A DNA stretch of 42,816 bases, taken from NCBI GenBank assembly GCA_964230145.1, contig CAXRGK010000025.1, positions 1-42,816 on the forward strand, given 5' to 3'. The notes under the pieces are model-generated. The model was given only the letters and a program-made list of their open reading frames with translations, was not told the origin of the DNA and did not search any database. Below, piece after piece: positions 37,237-42,816 of the stretch (position 1 is the stretch's first letter; every line of letters begins with the position of its first letter). The position numbers and the translations under genes were made by a program. The DNA is from Burkholderiaceae bacterium. GTDB lineage: Bacteria > Pseudomonadota > Gammaproteobacteria > Burkholderiales > Burkholderiaceae_C.

Positions 37237-37262
37237 TTCGATCGCGGGGGCGGCCTCCTGCC
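37237..37262 (-). repeat. single degenerate GCAG-family REP
   Basis: Minus strand ggcaggaggccgcccccgcgatcgaa resembles 19056-19081; abuts the waaA stop. Confidence 0.7.
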
Positions 37263-38533
37263 TACCCCAACATCTCTTTCACCAGCCCGGCCACGCGCCG
37301 GGCTGCGCCTTTGTGGGCGTGTGAAAACGCCAAGGCTGCGGCAGCGCGGCGTTGACGAGCTGCAGGGTCCTGGGCCAGCGACTGCGCCTCTTGCACGGCC
37401 ATTTCCATGTCCTGCACGCGGTGGGCGGCACCTGCCTGCTCGGCCTGCTGTGCCGCCTCCAGGAAATTGAAAGTGTGGGGCCCCATCACCACAGGGCACG
37501 CGCAGGCGGCAGCTTCGATCAGGTTCTGGCCGCCCAAGGGCTCGAAACTGCCACCGAGCAGGGCAACATCGGCCAGGCTGTAGTAAAGCGCCATCTCGCC
37601 CAGGCTGTCGCCCAGCCAGACCTGTGCATCGGCATGCGCAATGGGTCCCGTCTCACCCCAGGTGCTGCGGCGTGACACCGTCAGGCCTGCCTGGCGCAAC
37701 AGGACCTCCACATCGTCCACACGCTGCGGGTGGCGCGGCACGATCAGCCAGTGCACACCGCTCGACACCGTCTGCAGCGCCTGTAGCCACAAGGCTTCCT
37801 CGCCTTCGCGGCTGCTGGCCAGCAGACACACCGGTCGCTGCAGTGCCGCGCGCCATGCCCGGCCTTGCGCCACCTGACCGGGATCGGGTTGGGCGTCGAA
37901 CTTCAGGTTGCCCGTCACGGCCCGGACATTTGCGCCCAGCGTGCGCAGACGCTGCGCGTCGGCTTCGGTCTGGGCCCAGACGGCCTGCAGGGCCGCATAG
38001 GTCGGCCGCATCAGGCTGGCCCAGCGCGAGGCCGAGCGCATGGACTTGTCACTCAGACGGGCATTGACCAAGGCCAGCGGCACCCCAGATCGCGCACTTT
38101 GCTGCACCAGATTGGGCCAGACCTCGGTTTCCATGAGCAAGCCGATGCGCGGTTTGAAATGCTGCAAAAAGGCCTGCACTGCCGCTGGCGTGTCCCATGG
38201 CTGCCAAACCTGCACATCGCCGCTGCGCAAGAGCTTGGCGCCCTCTGCGCGCCCCGTGGCAGTGCCGTGCGTCAGCAAGACGCGCACATCCGGCAAGGCT
38301 TCGCGCAAGGCGTTGAGCAAGATGGACGCGGCACGCGATTCGCCCAGCGACACCGCATGCACCCAGACCAGTTCAGAAGTGGCCTCGGCCGGCTGTGTGT
38401 ACTGCCCGAAACGCTCGGGCACCGCAACGGCATAGCCTGGCTCGGCCACGGCACGGCGCACCAGTTTGCGACGCAACAAAGGCTGGGCCGCCCACACGAG
38501 CAGGTTGTAGAGCGCGTGGCTGAAACCAGGCAT
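37262..38533 (-). CDS. waaA: 3-deoxy-D-manno-octulosonic acid (Kdo) transferase
   Basis: WVHAVSLGE, ETEVWPN, VNARLS, GNLKFD, IVPRHPQR, GDSLGEM, GGQNLIE. Confidence 0.94.
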   Translation of the reverse strand: MPGFSHALYNLLVWAAQPLLRRKLVRRAVAEPGYAVAVPERFGQYTQPAEATSELVWVHAVSLGESRAASILLNALREALPDVRVLLTHGTATGRAEGAKLLRSGDVQVWQPWDTPAAVQAFLQHFKPRIGLLMETEVWPNLVQQSARSGVPLALVNARLSDKSMRSASRWASLMRPTYAALQAVWAQTEADAQRLRTLGANVRAVTGNLKFDAQPDPGQVAQGRAWRAALQRPVCLLASSREGEEALWLQALQTVSSGVHWLIVPRHPQRVDDVEVLLRQAGLTVSRRSTWGETGPIAHADAQVWLGDSLGEMALYYSLADVALLGGSFEPLGGQNLIEAAACACPVVMGPHTFNFLEAAQQAEQAGAAHRVQDMEMAVQEAQSLAQDPAARQRRAAAALAFSHAHKGAARRVAGLVKEMLG

Positions 38534-38544
38534 CTTCAGCCGAA

Positions 38545-39948
38545 TCAATGCGCCGAAGCGCCAAGCTGTGCGTCGGGCTTGACCTCGCGCAGCAAGGCCA
38601 GCATCTCGGCCTCGATGCGGTGCAGGGCCGCTTCGGTGTGGCCCTCAAAGCGCAACACCAGCACGGGGGTGGTGTTGGACGCGCGGATCAGGCCGAACCC
38701 ATCGGGCCAATCGACCCGCAGGCCGTCGATGATGAACACCTTTGCGGGCGCCTTGAAACGCTCGCCCGCCAGGGCCTGCAGCGTCTGCGTGACCGCATGG
38801 GGCTCGCCCTCTGCGCAGGCCACGTTCAGTTCGGGCGTGGAAAAGCTGGTGGGCAAGCCATTGAGCACGGCGTTGGCATCGGGGTGGCGGCTCAGGATCT
38901 CCAGCAGACGGCAGCCGGCGTAGGTGCCGTCGTCAAAACCGAACCAGCGCTCCTTGAAGAAAATGTGGCCACTCATCTCGCCACCCAGCGGGGCCTGGCC
39001 ACCCTGGGCCTCAATGGCCCGCATCTGCGCCTTGATCAGCGAGTGGCCGGTCTTGTACATCAGAGGCTGGCCACCTGCGGCCTCGATGGCCGGGGCCAGG
39101 CGCTGCGAGCACTTCACATCGAACAGGATCGTGCCGCCCGGCACGCGCGAGAGCACGTCCTGTGCAAACAGCTGCATCTGGCGGTCCGGGAAGATGTTGT
39201 GGCCGTCCTTGGTGACGATGCCCAGCCGGTCACCGTCGCCATCGAACGCCAGGCCCAGTTCAGCGTCGGTGGTCTGCAACGCACGGATCAGGTCCTGCAG
39301 GTTCTCGGGCTTGCTCGGGTCAGGGTGGTGGTTGGGGAAGTCGCCATCGACCTCGGAAAACAGCTCGATCACCTCGCAACCCAGCGCGCGGAAAATGGCG
39401 GGCGCAGACGCACCGGCGATGCCGTTGCCGGAGTCGATCACGATCTTCATCGGACGCGAGAGCTTCACATCGCCCGTGATGCGGCGGGTGTAGTCGGACA
39501 GCACATCGGCCTGTGTCACGCTGCCCCCTGCACGCAGCTGCCAGCCCTCGGTTTCCATGAGGCGGCGCAGATTCTGGATCTCGTCGCCATAAATGGCACG
39601 CCCGGCCAGCACCATCTTGAAGCCGTTGTAGTCCTTGGGGTTGTGGCTGCCGGTGACCTGGATGCCGCTGGCGCACAGGGTGCTGGCGGCGAAATACAGC
39701 ATCGGCGTGGTGCACAGGCCCACATCGATCACGCGGACACCGGCCGCCACCAGACCGCGGATCAGGGCCGCCGACAACATCGGACCGCTCAAGCGGCCGT
39801 CGCGCCCCACGGCCACCGTGGTCTGCCCTTCGGCCAGCGCCACCGTGCCAAACGCCCGGCCCAGGCCTTCAGCCACTTGTTCGTTGAGGGTGCTCGGCAC
39901 GATGCCGCGGATGTCGTAAGCCTTGAAGATGGATGCGGTAACTTGCAT
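38545..39948 (-). CDS. phosphomannomutase/phosphoglucomutase (AlgC-like)
   Basis: FKAYDIRG, TGSHNP, DGDGDR, GEMSGH, RASNT. Confidence 0.95.
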   Translation of the reverse strand: MQVTASIFKAYDIRGIVPSTLNEQVAEGLGRAFGTVALAEGQTTVAVGRDGRLSGPMLSAALIRGLVAAGVRVIDVGLCTTPMLYFAASTLCASGIQVTGSHNPKDYNGFKMVLAGRAIYGDEIQNLRRLMETEGWQLRAGGSVTQADVLSDYTRRITGDVKLSRPMKIVIDSGNGIAGASAPAIFRALGCEVIELFSEVDGDFPNHHPDPSKPENLQDLIRALQTTDAELGLAFDGDGDRLGIVTKDGHNIFPDRQMQLFAQDVLSRVPGGTILFDVKCSQRLAPAIEAAGGQPLMYKTGHSLIKAQMRAIEAQGGQAPLGGEMSGHIFFKERWFGFDDGTYAGCRLLEILSRHPDANAVLNGLPTSFSTPELNVACAEGEPHAVTQTLQALAGERFKAPAKVFIIDGLRVDWPDGFGLIRASNTTPVLVLRFEGHTEAALHRIEAEMLALLREVKPDAQLGASAH

Positions 39949-40081
39949 GAACGAATATCAACTTAAGAATATTCTTCTCATTTTAGGTCCGACAGACCCT
40001 GTCCTGATGGGGGTGTCGCTGGGCGGAGGCAAGCGCTAACATGCCCCAACCATTCCGACCTGCGCAAAGGCCCGTCACACC

Positions 40082-40591
40082 ATGTCTGCCCATCCTTGGC
40101 TGCACTGCCGCATCGACTCACCGCTGGGCCAGATCCAGCTGGCCCGCACGGACCGTGGCCTGTGCGGCGCCTGGTTCGTGGACGAGCAAAAACACGCGCC
40201 GGCACCCGACCACTTTGTGCCTGCGCAACACAAGCCGGACGATCCACTGCTGCGCCTGGCGGCAGAGCAGTTGCAGGCCTACTTCGCTGGCCGCCTGCAG
40301 GCTTTCGACCTGCGGCTCGATCTGAGTGCGGGCACGGTCTTTCAGCAGTCGGTGTGGCAAGCCCTGCTGCACATGCCGCACGGCACGACGGGCAGTTACC
40401 TGGCGTTGGCCACCGCGTTGGGCAAACCATCGGCCACGCGAGCGGTGGGCGCTGCCGTGGGGCGCAATCCGGTGAGTATCATCGTGCCCTGCCATCGGGT
40501 GCTGGGCCACACAGGTCAACTGACCGGCTATGCCGGAGGTCTGTGGCGCAAACAGGCGCTGCTCGAGCTCGAAGGCCACTCGCTGTTCTGA
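40082..40591 (+). CDS. ogt: methylated-DNA-protein-cysteine methyltransferase
   Basis: RAVGAAVGRNP...VPCHRV...LTGYAGG. Confidence 0.93.
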   Translation: MSAHPWLHCRIDSPLGQIQLARTDRGLCGAWFVDEQKHAPAPDHFVPAQHKPDDPLLRLAAEQLQAYFAGRLQAFDLRLDLSAGTVFQQSVWQALLHMPHGTTGSYLALATALGKPSATRAVGAAVGRNPVSIIVPCHRVLGHTGQLTGYAGGLWRKQALLELEGHSLF

Positions 40592-41500
40592 ATGCATTCC
40601 ACTTCTGCGCGCCCATGGCTGGGCGATTTCCTGCTGCTGGCCGCCATCTGGGGTTCGTCCTTCTTGTTCATGCGCATCGGCGCAGCCGAACTGGGCGCAC
40701 TGCCCACGGCGGCCCTGCGTGTGGCGATAGCCTCGCTGTTTCTCTGGCCGCTGCTGCGCCTGCGCGGCCAGACGGCTTTGCTGCGCCAGCACTGGAAACC
40801 GGTGCTGTTCGTGGGCGTGCTCAATTCGGGCATCCCGTTCGCGCTGTATGCCTTTGCCGTGATGCACATCAGCACCGGTCTGTCATCCATCCTGAACGCC
40901 ACCGTCCCGCTGTTCGGGGCGCTGGTGGCCTGGGCCTGGCTGGGTGACCGGCCGGGCTTCTCGCGCAGCGTGGGCCTGGCCATCGGCTTTGGCGGCATCG
41001 TGCTGCTGGCCGGAGGGCAGGTCGGCTTCAAAACGAATGCCTCGGGCCTCTCGCCCCTGTGGGCGGTGCTGGCCTGTCTGGGCGCCACCACCTGCTATGC
41101 CCTGTCGGCCAGCTTCACCAAAAAGCACATCCCGCCCCTGCCCTCGCTGGTGACGGCCACGGGCAGCCAGATCGGCGCCACGCTGGCACTGGCCCTGCCG
41201 GCGCTGTGGTGGCACCCCGACCATGTGCCCGGCCTGCACACCTGGGCGGCCATGCTGGCGCTCGGCGTGCTGTGTTCCGGGGTGGCCTACATCCTGTACT
41301 TCCGCCTGATCGAACGGGCCGGGCCGGCTCGCGCTTTGACGGTGACCTACCTGGTGCCGGTGTTTGCCGTGGCCTACGGCGTGGCGTTGCTGGGCGAGTC
41401 GGTCACGTTGTGGATGCTGCTGTGTGGCGCCATCGTGCTGGCAGGCACCTCGCTGGCCAGCGGCCTGATCAGACTGCCTCGTCCGCCAAAGGCGAAGTGA
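40592..41500 (+). CDS. DMT/EamA family transporter
   Basis: IWGSSFLF, ILNATVPLF, YILYFRLI...VTYLVPVF; about 10 TM segments. Confidence 0.92.
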   Translation: MHSTSARPWLGDFLLLAAIWGSSFLFMRIGAAELGALPTAALRVAIASLFLWPLLRLRGQTALLRQHWKPVLFVGVLNSGIPFALYAFAVMHISTGLSSILNATVPLFGALVAWAWLGDRPGFSRSVGLAIGFGGIVLLAGGQVGFKTNASGLSPLWAVLACLGATTCYALSASFTKKHIPPLPSLVTATGSQIGATLALALPALWWHPDHVPGLHTWAAMLALGVLCSGVAYILYFRLIERAGPARALTVTYLVPVFAVAYGVALLGESVTLWMLLCGAIVLAGTSLASGLIRLPRPPKAK

Positions 41501-42533
41501 CAGGCGACCTCACGATCCTGACGCGCTGGACCACATCGCGGGCACGCAGCTGTCCGCAGCCACCGTCCACATCCTGCCCGGCCGACTGGCGCAGCTTGGT
41601 GAGGATGCCCCGTCGATGCAAGGTGCGCGCGATCTCGGCAGCGCGCTCCCAGCTTGGGCGCTGGTAAGGCAGGTCCGGCACGCTGTTGAACGGGATCATG
41701 TTCATGAGCGCGTATTTGCCGCTCAGCAAACGCACGATGCCATCGAGTTCTTCGGGGCCATCGTTGACGCCTTCGATCAGGGTCCACTGGTACTGGATCG
41801 GGTAGCCCGTTGCGCGGGCATAGCGCTCACCCGCCTCTACCAGATCCTGCGGATCAAAACGCGGAGCGCGCGGCAACAACTCGGCACGCAGATCGGCTTT
41901 GGTGGTGTGCAGCGACAAGGCCAGCGCAGGCTTGACCTGCTGCTGGGGCAAGCGCTCGAAGACGCGCTCATCGCCCACCGTGGAAAACACCAGATTCTTG
42001 TGCGCGATGTTGCCTGCCGTGCCCAGCAGGTCAATCGCTTCAAGGACCTGGTCCAGGTTGTGCGAGGGCTCGCCCATGCCCATGAAGACCACCTTTTTAA
42101 CCGGGCGCAGTGTGCGCGCCAGCGCCACCTGGGCCACGATCTCGGCACTGCCGACCTGGCGCACCAGCCCTTCGCGCCCGGTCATGCAGAACACACACCC
42201 CACCGCGCAGCCCACCTGGGTGGACACGCACAGGCCATCGCGCGGCAACAGCACGCTCTCGACCGATTGGCCGTCCTGCAGGCCCACCAAGAGGCGGGCC
42301 GAGCCGTCTTCGCCCGGGTGCTGCTCGCGCAAGGTGGTCAAGGCCTTGAGCTGCGCCTCGATGTCGGGCAGGGCTTCGCGCACGGCGGCGGGCATGAAGC
42401 TGTCCAGCGGACGGCGGCCCTGCGTCTGCGGCAGGGCCTGCGACCACAGGCGCAGCACGCGGTGTTCGTGTTTCGGGTTGGCCCCCAGCGCACGCAGGTG
42501 GGTGCGAATGTCGCTGATGCTCCAGTAAGCCAT
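41469..42533 (-). CDS. RlmN/Cfr-family radical SAM RNA methyltransferase paralogue
   Basis: CVSTQVGCAVGCVFC, MGMGEP, GGCGQL. Confidence 0.9.
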   Translation of the reverse strand: MAYWSISDIRTHLRALGANPKHEHRVLRLWSQALPQTQGRRPLDSFMPAAVREALPDIEAQLKALTTLREQHPGEDGSARLLVGLQDGQSVESVLLPRDGLCVSTQVGCAVGCVFCMTGREGLVRQVGSAEIVAQVALARTLRPVKKVVFMGMGEPSHNLDQVLEAIDLLGTAGNIAHKNLVFSTVGDERVFERLPQQQVKPALALSLHTTKADLRAELLPRAPRFDPQDLVEAGERYARATGYPIQYQWTLIEGVNDGPEELDGIVRLLSGKYALMNMIPFNSVPDLPYQRPSWERAAEIARTLHRRGILTKLRQSAGQDVDGGCGQLRARDVVQRVRIVRSPVTSPLADEAV

Positions 42534-42535
42534 GC

Positions 42536-42754
42536 TCAGTAATGCGGGGGAATGTCGTCGCGCAGGTTGCGCGGGGCCGTTGTGCCCGCTTCAGGCAGGC
42601 GTTCGCGCATGAGGCGCAGTTCGCCGAGCAGCAGTTCGATTTGCTGTTGCTGGCGGTAGATCTGGTCGCTCAGCTGGTCAATCTGGTCTTCGGCATAAGC
42701 GGCCTTCACTTCCAGATCGACCAGGCGGTCTTCAATCGCTTGGGGGATGTCCAT
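42536..42754 (-). CDS. slyX: SlyX family protein
   Basis: RLVDLEVKAAY...QQQQI coiled coil and C-terminal PPHY. Confidence 0.9.
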   Translation of the reverse strand: MDIPQAIEDRLVDLEVKAAYAEDQIDQLSDQIYRQQQQIELLLGELRLMRERLPEAGTTAPRNLRDDIPPHY

Positions 42755-42816
42755 GGGCTGTATTTTCGGCGAATCGTCTTGCTGGCTGTGCGGACCCCGA
42801 TTCGGACTGGCTGGGG

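Overview
Chromosomal region of a high-GC betaproteobacterium (gene content and paralogue style suggest Comamonadaceae; inference). Most of the window (about 10.2-42.8 kb) is ordinary core or metabolic content: SDRs, NUDIX, dusC, a cytochrome c pair, rluA-type, bktB, edd-eda, chaC, pdxH, a ZnuD-like TonB receptor, msrA, LysR-gcdH, TetR-RND-pcm-rhodanese-tolC, waaA, pmm/pgm, ogt, an RlmN-like paralogue and slyX. Three different REP-like repeat families occur in its intergenic spaces. A lower-GC accessory block follows mltB (about 1.9-8.5 kb, perhaps to 10.2 kb). It carries a domain-swapped (NewPHL-type) photolyase, three regulators with non-canonical sensing modules (OmpR-like pseudo-receiver, Cys-less IscR-like Rrf2, MerR with a CECP domain), DUF2237, an orf-infA-RRM operon with a long leader, a tyrosine recombinase 3' remnant and a PA2779/PA2778 precursor-peptidase pair. 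Best candidates for undescribed systems: (1) a probably B12-independent light/UV-response module; (2) a DUF2946-like RGPP ribosome-stalling leader with an atypical Cys/His set and a hairpin in front of the ZnuD-like receptor; (3) a Sec-exported double-glycine precursor paired with a lipoprotein C39-like peptidase. No rRNA, tRNA or CRISPR array was seen. All family calls come from motif recognition, not database searches.
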